Notes under the pieces: generated by a model | Seen by the model: only the letters and a program-made list of their open reading frames with translations | Told to the model about the DNA's origin: nothing | The model's database searches: none | Assembly: GCA_037447605.1 (NCBI GenBank) | Contig: CM074808.1 | Coordinates: 3,410,001 to 3,474,000, forward strand | DNA: 64,000 nucleotides | Direction: 5' to 3' | From: Zygnema circumcarinatum SAG 698-1b | Lineage: Eukaryota; Plantae; Zygnematophyceae | In this document: in pieces, positions 12,726-24,326 of the stretch | Layout: every line of letters begins with the position of its first letter | How positions within the stretch are numbered: position 1 is the stretch's first letter | Position numbers and translations under genes: made by a program

Positions 12726-14225
12726 CTACTGGCCGGGGGTGAAGGCGGTGGCGTATGCCCAGGCGTTGTTGACAGCGGGGTCAGCAAGGTGGTCGGACAA
12801 GTTCTGGAGGGGAGACTTTCCGGTGACGATGGCCTGCACGAAGAAGCCGAACATGGAGAACATGGCGAGGCGCCCGTTCTTGATCTCCTTCACCTTCAGC
12901 TCGGCGAAGGTCTCGGGGTCGTCAGCCAGACCCAGGGGGTCGAAGCTGCCGCCGGGGTACAGGGGGTCGGTCACCTCTCCCAGGGGACCGCCGGAGACAC
13001 GGTAGCCCTCAATGGCGCCCATGAGCAGCACCTGCGTTCCGAGGATGGCGAGGATGCTCTGCGCGTGGATGAGGCTGGGGTTGCCGAGGTAGTCCAGGCC
13101 GCCGTCAGCGAAGATCTGCGCGCCGGCCTTGAACCACACGGCCTCGCCGAACTTCACGCCGTTGTTGGCAAGGAGCTCGGGGGTGAGGCAGCCGAGGGCT
13201 CCCAACATGGCCCAGCGAGCGTGGATGACCTGCAAACGACAGTTGGAAGTCAACGTCAGTTTCGCATGAGTGCTAAGTCGTGAACATTCTTTCAGTAGTA
13301 GTGTTAGAATTGGCGTCATTGAGAAAATTGACACCATTGCACCTGTCGTTTCCAACATTTGCTTGTGCGAATGTTTAATCAGTGGAAACGGCCTTTGCAC
13401 GTAAACAGCATTCTCACATCCGTCCAAGTTTCTGAAGGCACCTAAGGGTGTTCGGACTCAAAAATTAAGAGGTTGAAGTTCCCGTTCTCCCTGAACTGAC
13501 GTCTAAAGCGCAAGGCAGCGCTACTGTTCTTGGTCTTATTCCTCCAATGGTAGAATGATGAAACTGAGCATTTCACGTAAGACATCCCTCTGCACTGACC
13601 TCGAAATGTGCTACAATCAACTTCATTCTATTGCCGAGGACGCAAACAGAACCTTATTCTTGAGTCTTGACAGCCTGTAGCAGCGATGAACTTAAGCAAA
13701 CGAATTCAGACCTATCTTTTGACCAGAGCTTCAACTACTCTGCACGTCCAAGCAGCATCCGAAGTCCGAAAAGTTCCAATGCATTCGAGGAATCCGTAAC
13801 GCAGCCTGAAACATAGCATCCGACTGCCGGCACCTTACCACAATCATGAAACATGCCTCTCCGGTTGATCCCACTCTGCATAGAAACTAGGACAGAAGCA
13901 AGATCCACCGAAAGCAAGCGTAGTAAGTGCGCACCTCAAGCTCACGGTTCTTGGCGAAGCTCTCGGGGTCAGCGGAGAGGCCGGCGGTGTCCCAGCCGTA
14001 GTCTCCGGGGTACTCGCCAGTAAGGTAGGAGGGGGTCGCGGCGGAGAAGGGGCCCAGGAACTGGGGGCGGTCAGGGCCGTACCAGATGGACTCGGAGGCC
14101 TGGACCTTGGTGCGGCGCATGGTGACGCGCGCCTCATTGCTGCCGACCTGGCGAGCGAGCTCGGCGGTCTGCCCGACGAAGGTGGAAGCGGCGGTCATTG
14201 CGGGGGCGGCGACGAGGGCGGCCAT
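12726..14225 (-). CDS. LHCB: Major LHCII protein subtype B (copy B1), 264 aa, exons 14225-13935 and 13229-12726
   Basis: MRRTK N-terminal motif; 705-bp phase-0 GT-AG intron at RELE/VIH; all LHC motifs present. Confidence 0.97.
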
Positions 14226-15001
14226 GGCTGCTACTTGCAGAACCTTGAGGAAACTCTTGCAAGAGTTTGGAAGCTGAGAGGAAATTTGGAAGAGAGGAAA
14301 TTGCTGCTGGAAGAAGGCGCCTGGCCGCGTCTTTATAGGGAGGGTGGAAACTTCGCGGAAGCTGAAGTGTGACAGTAGTGACGGCCGACCGTTGGCGGGT
14401 GTGAGAGGTTTCAGGCGAGGTTCGGGCAGTAAACTGGCAGGCAAAAACTACCTTTTGAAAGTTTTGGTTTTTTTAGATCTGGCATTCTGACCGACTTTCG
14501 AACAGACCGTACGGTATTCCTTGGTTCTACAACCCCGCCCTATTGGCTGATGAGTTTCGATGTCTGCCCGTTTAAACGGGCAGAACTTCAAAACGTTTTC
14601 ACATATGCCGTCAATTATTTTGGGGTAGCGACTCTTAGCCAAACCGGCCGGCCAGGGAGCTCCCCCGCTCACCACCCGACGCGTGTCCTCCGGATCAGCC
14701 CTTCCCGGCCTCCCATTGGGCCGTCCGGATGCCGCCCAGTCAGCACGGCACGTGGCACAGCCTTGCGGCAACGCAAACTCTACGGCCAATCAGCGTGCGC
14801 AATTTCGGATTTCCAAAATCTTGGACGGACTTCGCCTCACCCACAGTCCGAGCAGCCCTCGACCGACCAATTTTTCCTTTCCAGCCGGGCAGCCTTATAA
14901 AGTGCTGGGGGGCCCTCATCAGCAAATCTATCCTTTGCAAACTTCCTTTCCAGCTTCCAAACTCCTGCAAGAGCTTCCTAAAGGTTCTGCAAGCAGCAGC
15001 C
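14226..15001. promoter_or_regulatory. Shared bidirectional intergenic region of LHC B1/B2 with paralogous 5' UTRs
   Basis: Genes are head-to-head; TATA-like TTTATA near 14332 and CTTATAAA near 14895; GGCACGTGGC near 14747; both UTRs end CAAGAG(T/C)TTCCT...GGTTCTGCAAG(T/C)AGCAGCCATG. Confidence 0.65.
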
Positions 15002-16073
15002 ATGGCCGCCCTCGTCGCCGCCCCCTCAATGACCGCCGCCTCCACCTTCGTGGGACAGACCGCCGAGCTCGCCCGCCAGGTCGGCAGCAGCGAGGCGCGC
15101 GTCACCATGCGCCGCACCAAGGTCCAGGCCCCCGAGTCCATCTGGTACGGCCCTGACCGCCCCCAGTTCCTGGGCCCCTTCTCCGCCGCGACCCCCTCCT
15201 ACCTCACCGGCGAGTACCCCGGAGACTACGGCTGGGACACCGCCGGCCTCTCCGCTGACCCCGAGAGCTTCGCCAAGAACCGCGAGCTTGAGGTGCGTTG
15301 TGGTCCTGGAACTTGTGGCTTAGTCGTGGTCTTCCTAGCATTGACGTAGGGCTGTCTCCATTTTTTATGAAGATTGGCTGGCGCCGACCTGCAGCCTTTG
15401 ATTCTTTTTTTCCGTTTTTTTTTCCCTGTCAATGAACATGAAGCTCTTCTGTAATACGCATTTTTTGGATCATAACGGTCTAGGGCGTAGATACTAGTCC
15501 TGAATGCAAAGCTTTGCACACTCTGTATTATGGCGGTTAAACTTACTACTCGGCGCTTTTTGTACGCAGGTCATCCACGCTCGCTGGGCCATGTTGGGAG
15601 CCCTCGGCTGCCTGTTCCCCGAGCTCCTTGCCAACAGCGGTGTGAAGTTCGGCGAGGCCGTGTGGTTCAAGGCCGGCGCGCAGATCTTCGCTGACGGCGG
15701 CCTGGACTACCTCGGCAACCCCAGCCTCATCCACGCGCAGAGCATCCTCGCCATCCTCGGAACGCAGGTGCTGCTCATGGGCGCCATTGAGGGCTACCGT
15801 GTCTCCGGCGGTCCCCTGGGAGAGGTGACCGACCCCCTGTACCCCGGCGGCAGCTTCGACCCCCTGGGTCTTGCTGACGACCCCGAGACCTTCGCCGAGT
15901 TGAAGGTGAAGGAGATCAAGAACGGGCGCCTCGCCATGTTCTCCATGTTCGGCTTCTTCGTGCAGGCCATCGTCACCGGAAAGTCTCCCCTCCAGAACTT
16001 GTCCGACCACCTTGCTGACCCCGCCGTCAACAACGCCTGGGCATACGCCACCGCCTTCACCCCTGGCCAGTAA
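15002..16073 (+). CDS. LHCB: Major LHCII protein subtype B (copy B2), 264 aa, exons 15002-15292 and 15570-16073
   Basis: 277-bp GT-AG intron at RELE/VIH; LHC motifs present. Confidence 0.97.
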
Positions 16074-17328
16074 AGTAGTTACTTTTATTTACTATCTGTC
16101 CATAGCATCACTTTCAGTTTAGAATCCAGCAATCTTCTGATGGGTGTACAGGCTTCATTGTTAGCCCCAAAAAGCCAATGTGATGGCCATTTTTAAGTGC
16201 CCTCCTTGGTCTAGCACTGAATTCAGATTGTTGTACGGGAAAATGTCAATAAATCAGCACTGCTCTCTCGAAGATTCCACCTCAGTGTGTATTGCCACGT
16301 GTCTTGCACCTCTGTGAGTCTGTGTCCTTGCTGAATACCGGAAATGAAGCCATTTTATCACCTAAGAAAGCACTTGCCTCTGGCCCACGGCGTAATAATC
16401 GATCTCGGAGGTGATTCATGTAGCTTTTGTGCTTCCCAGTGCAATACGCAAAGTGCACTTGGATTCAATATTTTTATAATATTGAGTAGGACTTTAGTAA
16501 GCTGTTCCCTTGTCCTTCAGGTGCCAAGCATGTTGAAGATAATTCACAAGTATGACGGAATATGTCGTTGTTTTTGTTTGATTGTGATGCTTTCAAAAAC
16601 ATCTTTTATCGCGAGTTCAATGAAATTTTCCCCTCGTATCTTTATAGTCATCCGCATACCAGAAGTTTGAACGTTAAAATGAAATGTGGAAACAAACTGA
16701 TCAGTATTCATAGAAATGCCCTCGCAAAGCGAATGAAAGCAACCCCTCGTCAGGATGCAGCAGGCGCGCTTTTTGGGCCTAAGAACTTATGAGCCCAACA
16801 GGGGAGTCCAAGAAGTTAACAGGGGACAAAGCATGTCACCAAGCATGTGAAATCTTACGAAACAAAAAGTTACTGCAAGTAATTTGCTACAAGAGTATCG
16901 CAGCATCAATGGAGAACACGTTTTGGTGTCAACGTCACAAACTTCTCCTTAAGTCTGACATGCCCTACCAAGGTAACCAAATCGAGCTTTTCACTCACAC
17001 GCCTCTTTAACCTCTCCCACTACCTCCTTCCATCCCTCCCTCCCCATCCCTCGTCCACTTGCTCTCCCCCACTTCCTCCCCCCACTACCCCTCCCCATTA
17101 CTTCTCCCCCCCCCCCCCCCCCTCACCCTCTCCTTCATCCTCTCCCAGTTCCTCCCCCCCCTGCCCCTCTTCATCTCACTCTTCGTCCCCCACCTCACCT
17201 TCCCTCCCTCTACTTCCCCCCTGAGCCCGAGCCATAGCGCCCTTCCGGGCGCCCTGGAAGCCCGGCAATGCCCGTGACTTCGGCTGCAGAAGGATCAGCA
17301 ACAAAATGCAAACACTGGCACGTTAAAA

Positions 17329-18575
17329 CCATGTTACGATGAGGTGAACAGGCGAAAATGGAAAAAAGGAAAATTGGTTACAGCAGAAAGGGCTGTTATT
17401 TTATATATTTAGACTAATGGGAGAAAGACTGCAGCATTGGAATAAAAAAACACTTGTTGCATTCACCCACATCCGAATCCCACAATTCAGCACATTAGAT
17501 ATTGCCCCTTCGATCACTCGCCAGCGTTCCCGGTGTATTGAAGTGGCAGGTCCGACCTAGTGACCAGCCAGACCGAGCTATCCAGCGAAAAAGCTTCATA
17601 CCGAACCCTGATCCGAGCAGCGACAGGCACAAACAAACAATGAAACACACTCGTTCTTCAGTTCAGCTGCAGAGCAGAGCAGCTCCCTCCACACGGCAGC
17701 AAGCAGCGGCGGCGGCGCTTTCAGGGCCCGAGAGGGCATGAGCGCCCTCGACCCTTTCATGCCTCAGCACAAAATTGAATCAGTTGTTGGGAGCCGCCGG
17801 GCTGGGAAACGATCAGAGGAGCGGACCAGACATGGATCGACATGTTAAACGGTAACGGTAAGTGAACGCTCCCTACCATTCGCGGTTCCGTGGTCCTTCA
17901 CGGTAACTACTGTCTCACACAGAACAGCGTAAGCCCCTCAGAACGGCACTAGATGCAAACGGACGCCATGGAACGAGCGTGCCTTACGGAACGCGATGGC
18001 TGTCCGTACGGTACGCCCCATTCGGGTGGGCGCGGACGGCAAGTGAGCAGTACGGTTGAGAGCTTTTGTGAAATGAGCGTGATAGGAGTACTCTGCAGCA
18101 GGCGGATTGCTAATGATACAGAGTACTCCTTTCGATATCAACTGGAGGGACGTCGCTACTTACAGCACCAGCACTGACGGTGACCAAATCGAGCCCTCAC
18201 TACCTCCTCTCTTCACCACACTCCGTTCCCCCTCCCCCTCCCTCGTTCTCTCTCTCTCTCTCGACCCCACCCCACCCCCTCCCCCCTCTTCCTCTCATTC
18301 TCCCTCCCTCCCTTCCCCTTCCCTAGATGTTCTTTCCCACCCCTCCCACTCCTCCTCCCGCTTCTTCTCCCACTCCTCCCCTCCTCCCTCTCCCTCTCCC
18401 TCCCCCCCCTCTCTCTCTCCCTCCCCTCTCTCCCTCTCCCTCTCCCTCTCCCCTCTCCCTCTCCCCTCTTCCCTCTCCCTCTCCCTCTCCCTCCCCCCCT
18501 CCCTCTCCCTCACCCTATTCCACTCCCACACCCCCTTCTCGTTCGATCATATGATGCAGTCACGAATTCTGTATG
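17329..18575 (-). repeat. Inverted copy of the repeat at 30860-31563, with an extra segment of about 425 bp (17765-18190)
   Basis: 17329-17765 is the reverse complement of 31095-31563 with long identical stretches (e.g. CCAGACCGAGCTATCCAGCGAAAAAGCTTCATACCGAACCCTGATCCGAGCAGCGACAGGC). 18540-18575 matches 30860-30895. Confidence 0.85.
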
Positions 18576-19112
18576 CCCGTCAACGCACTCTGGTGGCGAG
18601 TACTGCTTTCGTGGAGGGATCTTGGGGCCGCAGCCTGCGGTAGTTCTGTCGCAGCGCAACAGACGGGTGCGTTGTCAGCCGCGGCCGGCAGAGGGGCGCA
18701 GATTTGGCCTCATTTAAAAGGACAAAACGACGGGGATCACGACTCGCGAGTCCTTGCGGATGTGCTGACGTTTCTGTCGGTGATGCCCTTTACACACCGA
18801 TGACGTCACCAAGGATGCACTTTTGACTTTTGACCAGAGTGCGTGGCCGGCCGCGGCTTGTGGTGACGTGGTGATGCCTCACGGCGCCACGTGTCCCATC
18901 GCACGCGCCAAGGAAGGACCGGTTTCTGTGGATTCTCGTTTTGGTTTTGTGGAGCCGCCGCGATCGTCAACCCTTGCACCTTCCACAGAAACAGAACGCG
19001 TACTCCATTATAATATGGCTGCAGGTGTTGCTGAGTACTCCCTCCGTTTTTTCCGCCCCCACACGCTGCCGCCGCGGCGTCCTTTCCGCTCGGAGGATAA
19101 CTTTATGGACGG

Positions 19113-19173
19113 GACGTGACGCTATGTGACTAGACGTGACGTCAGGTGGAGTGACGTCATGGTATGATACGTC
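19113..19173. promoter_or_regulatory. Cluster of TGACG/TGACGTCA (bZIP, as-1/CRE-like) motifs just left of the Copia insertion
   Basis: TGACGTCA at 19137-19144 and 19152-19159, with further GACGTGAC copies. Confidence 0.45.
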
Positions 19174-19279
19174 GAGAGCGCGAGCGGGCGTCGGTACCGT
19201 CCGTCCGTCGGTCCGTACGCGGGGAGGAGAGTGGGCGGGGAGGCGGGTCGACCGAGGGAGCGTGGGAGGGCGAGAGGGA

Positions 19280-19594
19280 TGTTGAGAATCCGACATTCTC
19301 AGTTTTGTTGTACTATTTTGTCGTTTTCCCAGCCACGTGTACTTACACCTGGCTGTCCTTTTAGCTTGTACTTTCACTGTTAGTTTAGTTGTGCCTTTGC
19401 GGCTCTGTGCTTACACCCAGCCGCCCTTACTCAGGCTAGTTCCACACTCTTTTGTCGTGTAGCTCTAGCCGCAATGTATATAAAACAGATTAGGACATTG
19501 TACTTTTTACCACGTTAATCACACATCTGTCTTTTGTGTCAACTCTCTCTGTCCTCACTTTGATCGTACAATGTCCACTCCGTCTTTTTCAATA
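19280..19594 (+). repeat. LTR 1 (315 bp, TGTTGA...TCAATA)
   Basis: About 1-3 substitutions versus LTR2 and LTR3; followed directly by the PBS GGTTATGGGCCCAC (19595-19608). Confidence 0.97.
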
Positions 19595-22500
19595 GGTTAT
19601 GGGCCCACTCATGCCTCAAATGCGCTTGAAAAATTTGATGGGACAAAGCGGCCACATTTGGAAGTTCGAGTGCCAGCAGCTTTTGAGAAGAATCTGTGAG
19701 ATACGTAGATTCGCGGTCTAGAAGACGTCGCTTTACCCTTCCTCCGCCCCGGCCAGCGGCGCCTTGGCTGCGCTGGCCCAGCGAAGAGAGATCGCCCGAT
19801 GGACAAAAGCAGCGACAGAAGGCGTTTCTCGCACATCACACTTTCGGCGATGTGCCGATCTCATGGACCGTCCGTGGCGCCACCAATACGGCGGCGGACT
19901 CTTACGACCAATGTCGCGTCTGAACCTGGAAGTGGTCTCACAAACTCCGTTTGCGGCGTGCGCCGCTAAGCTGGCGAGAATCCTCACCGAAACCATCGCG
20001 CGACGCGCCTCTGCGACGCGTCAAATCCTTTGCTAGAGCGGTTCACAGCATTGATTCGTAGTTAAGCTGATGATGAGATCATCTGTAATCTTTTATTTTG
20101 CCCGACTCTTTCGATCCTTCATCTCGTCGTGATCTTTTGCCTCGATCCTCACTAACCGTCGGTGATCGACCGACCTTCTTTTGAGCGAGGAGGAAAAAGT
20201 TCCCGCCTCCGGATCACTCCCAGCGCATCGCGCTTTGGATCTGGTCCCGCCAAGTCTCCTGGCGCCCTCTTTGTCGGTGTGCAAGGAAACAGAGACTCAT
20301 GGAGACAAGCTATCCCGCTCACAAAAAGGAAGCGCCCGACTTTGCCGCTTGCCGTCGCGACCACCCTCCGCCCGGTAGCGCGTAAATATCGCTTGGCGGC
20401 GCCTCCGATTTAGCCTGGTCCAGTCCCAGCCCATTTATGCGACTACGTAGCCACCACTCCCTCCGTTCCTAGCTCCTTGGTCCCGCGCCCTTGCACTTAC
20501 GTACACCCTGCACCCGGCTTCCCCGGCCGGCCAACCTCCCACCCGGGTGGCGTCATGGTGCTCGGGTTGATCCGCGCCTTTTGGCCTTGGACCCTTTTAG
20601 GTATGACCCTTCTCTCCCTGACTCCACTTGGCTTATTGACTCGGGTGCCTCCCATCATCTAACTTTTCGTCGTGACTGGTTCTCTCGGCTTTCTCCCCTC
20701 CCTCTCCCCATGACCATTTTCTTAGGGGATAACCGCTCCTTGACTGCCACGCATGTCGGCCAGGTTTCCACTCTAATTGACGGCCAGCGCTTCATCATCG
20801 ATGACGTCTACCTGGTGGATGGCCTCGCGAAGAATCTGTTTTCAGTAGCCTCCATCCTCCTCCTAGGCATTTCAGCCCTTTTTAGGCCAGATGGGGTCAC
20901 TTTCTTCACCCCAGAGGCTGTAGTGGGGCACGGCCGCAAAACCGGCCGCTTGTTTTCCCTTACCTCTTTTGCAGCCTCCCTTGGGCACGCCCATGCTCAC
21001 ACCACTGACCCCCCCCTTACCTTTGCTCGGTGGCACCTCCGCTTTGGCCACCTTGCTGAAAGTAGCCTCAGAACTCTCGGACAGGGCTTAGTGTTAGGTT
21101 TAGACTCTTTCTCTACCGAAAAGTTAGACTTTTGTTCAGGCTGTATTCAAGGAAAAATGACCAGATTGCCTTTTCCCTCAAGCTCCACCCTTGTCTCTGA
21201 GCCTCTGGCACTCATTCATTCTGATGTCTGTGGCCCTATGCGTGATGTTAGCCTCGGCGGCGCATCATACTTTGTCACTTTCATTGACCAAGCGACTCAT
21301 TTTTCCCACGTTTTTCCCATCGCTCACAAGTCTGACGTTTTCTCCCGCTTCCAAGAGTTCAAAGCCCGTGCAGAGACCCTTCTCGGTCGCCGCATCAAGA
21401 CCCTTCGCACTGATAACGGCGGCGAGTTTATGTCCCGCCTTCTCGAATACCTTACTTCCGCGGCATCACCCATGGAGACTACCGGCTCCCTACACCCCGA
21501 CAAAATAGATGGCGGCGGTTTAACCGCACCATTCTGCGACATGGCTGGCTCTATGCTTCATTTGCCACCGACCTCACTGGCGCGCCGAAGGAAGCCATCT
21601 CCACGGCCACTTGCAGCCCGGAACCTTTCCCCCACCTGCTTGCCTCACAACGCCTTCGAGGGCTGGCGGGCGGCAAACTCCGTCTCCCACCCTCCGTTAT
21701 CTTTGGCTGCGGGCTGGTACAAAGATCTGCGTCAGGTCGTCACGGCAAATGGGGCATGGGCGACTGGCGGCATTTTCTTGGCTGCGAAAAACTGCGTCCA
21801 GGCCTATGCGTGTCTGGTGTTGTCGCGACAAATCAGGGTGTACTTTCAGCCAGCGGCGTAAGCATTTAATGAGGCTCCCTCGTCCAGCGCGGCTTCATTA
21901 AGCCACCGCCCGCGACCGATACACCCGCCGACTTCCTCCCCGCCGCAGCCCAATCTTGCGCCATACGATTCCCCCCCCTACGTGACCGTTGGATATCATT
22001 CCCCCCCCCCCCCCGCGACCGCTCCCCCATTGGCGCCAACATTCCTTTTGTCCCGCCCCCGGTCGCCGCTCCCCCTTCCCCTCCCTTCGGTGCCCCTGCG
22101 TCCCCCTCCCGTCGACCCCCCTCCCCCCGCCCCCCCCCCTCCCCCTCGTCCTCTCTGCTCGACCCTCCCTCTTCTGTTCAGAGGGAGCTTTCCACCTCAC
22201 CCGAGCGGACGGACCCTCCCCTCCGCCTACGGACCCCCTCCCTTTTTCCCTCGCGCCTTCTCCCGGCTACCCGACTCCCCCTCCCCGCTTCACCCGTGGC
22301 CTCCCCGCCAGCACCCGCCCCTCCGGCCTCTCCCCTCACAGTTTCCCCGGCCCACGCCCCCGCCACGGCACTCGCGATCGGCGACCCACGTGGAAAATTA
22401 TCGACACTGCCGCCCATGCCCTCCTTTCCTCCGCCATGGCCTTCATCGCCTCCTCGTCTGCCCCCCCTACTTTTGCTGCCGCCCTTCGCACCCCTGACGC

Positions 22501-24004
22501 AGCCCTCTGGAAAGCTGCCGCTGATGCTGAATTCCTCTCCCTTCAGAAAAACAACACGTGGGACCTTGTCCCCCTCCCACCCGGTCGTCGCGCCATCGGC
22601 TCTAAATGGGTATTTAAAATCAAACAAAAATCCGACGGCTCGGTTGACCGCTATAAAGCCCGTTTTGTAGCCAAGGGGTTCTCTCAGCTTGAAGGCATCG
22701 ACTTCACCGAAACTTATGCCCCGGTGGCCAAATTCACCTCCATTCGCGTCCTCCTTGCTCTCTCCGCCACCCACGATTGGGAAATTCACCCGGATGGATG
22801 TCGAAACCGCATTCCTCTCTGAGGGACCTTCAGAAACGATCTTTTATCGCCAACCCGACCGGGTATGTCACTCGGCACGAACACATAATACGCGCCTCAG
22901 CAAATCCATCTCTGACCTCCGGCGGCAAAGCACCAGCGTCTGGAACCGCACTTTGGATGCTGTCCTTCTTGCCAGCGGCTTCACTCGCATCGACGCCGAT
23001 TTCAGCATCTATCTTCGTGGCCACGGTCAGACCCTCACCATCCTTGCCGTTTACGTTGATGACCTCATTATCTGTGGTCCCTCCCTTTCCCCCATTTCGG
23101 ATGTCAAACAGCTCCTTCGCAGCCATTTTGACATGACGGACCTCGGCGAACTGCAATGGTGTCTCGGGATTCACGTCATTCGAGATCGGGCTGCTCGGAC
23201 CCTTCACCTCAGTCAGGAAAAGTATGTTTCCGATCTCCTTGACCGTTTTGGGATGGCCGCTTGCAACCCCATCTCCACCCCCCTGGACGCCCACATTCAC
23301 CTTACCTCCCTTGTGGCTGGCTCCCCCGACCCCACGGAGCATGCCACTTACCGATCCATCGTGGGATCCCTTATGTATGCAATGTTGTGTACCCGGCCGA
23401 CCTAGGCGCGGCCGTCGGGCAGCTCAGCTAATACATTCACCGCCTCTTCTACTCCTTATTGTACATGGCGTGTCGCCACCGTTACCTTGAGGGGCACCAG
23501 GCCACAGGCCTTACCTTTCTCCTCTGGCTCCCCACCCTGGGTGGCTATTGTATTCATTTGGTGATGACCCGACGCACAAGGCGTTGATTCTTACAGCTGT
23601 TGTTTTCTACAGGCGTGGCCCTTATTTCATGGTCCTCTCGGAAGCAGCCTACAGTGGCCACATCCTCCACTGAAGCAGAGTATATGGCCGCCTCCACTGC
23701 TGCCAAAGAGGCTGTTTGGCTCCGATCCCTCCTCTCCAACCTCACCTTCCCTCCCCCTCACGCTACCACCGTCTTCACGGACTCTCAAGGTGCCCTTGCC
23801 CTCATGCAAAACCCCGTGCACCATCAACGTACCAAACACATCGACATTCAGTTCCACTTCACTCGGGACAAGATTGAAGACGGCACCCTTACCTTCCTCT
23901 ACTGTCCTACCGGCAAGCAGACCGCCGATTTTCTTACCAAGGCCTTACATCGGCCGGCTTTTGAGCTTCACCGCTCTTCTGCCGGACTCCACACTTTCGA
24001 ATGA
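19571..24004 (+). pseudogene. Copia gag-pol, unit 1, broken by many frameshifts as assembled
   Basis: The ATG of [12 protein letters not shown] lies inside the LTR; pol fragments are in ORFs 20491-21861, 21989-22822, 22689-23405 and 23600-24004 (ends AGLHTFE*). Confidence 0.88.
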
Positions 24005-24011
24005 GAGGGAG

Positions 24012-24326
24012 TGTTGAGAATCCGACATTCTCAGTTTTGTCGTACTATTTTGTCGTTTTCCCAGCCACGTGTACTTACACCTGGCTGTCCTTTTAGCTTG
24101 TACTTTCACTGTTAGTTTAGTTGTGCCTTTGCGGCTCTGTGCTTACACCCAGCCGCCCTTACTCAGGCTAGTTCCACACTCTTTTGTCGTGTAGCTCTAG
24201 CCGCAATGTATATAAAACAGATTAGGACATTGTACTTTTTACCACGTTAATCACACATCTGTCTTTTGTGTCAACTCTCTCTGTCCTCACTTTGATCGTA
24301 CAATGTCCACTCCGTCTTTTTCAATA
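24012..24326 (+). repeat. LTR 2 (shared middle LTR)
   Basis: Preceded by the PPT GAGAGGGAG (24003-24011) and followed by the PBS (24327-24340). Confidence 0.97.
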
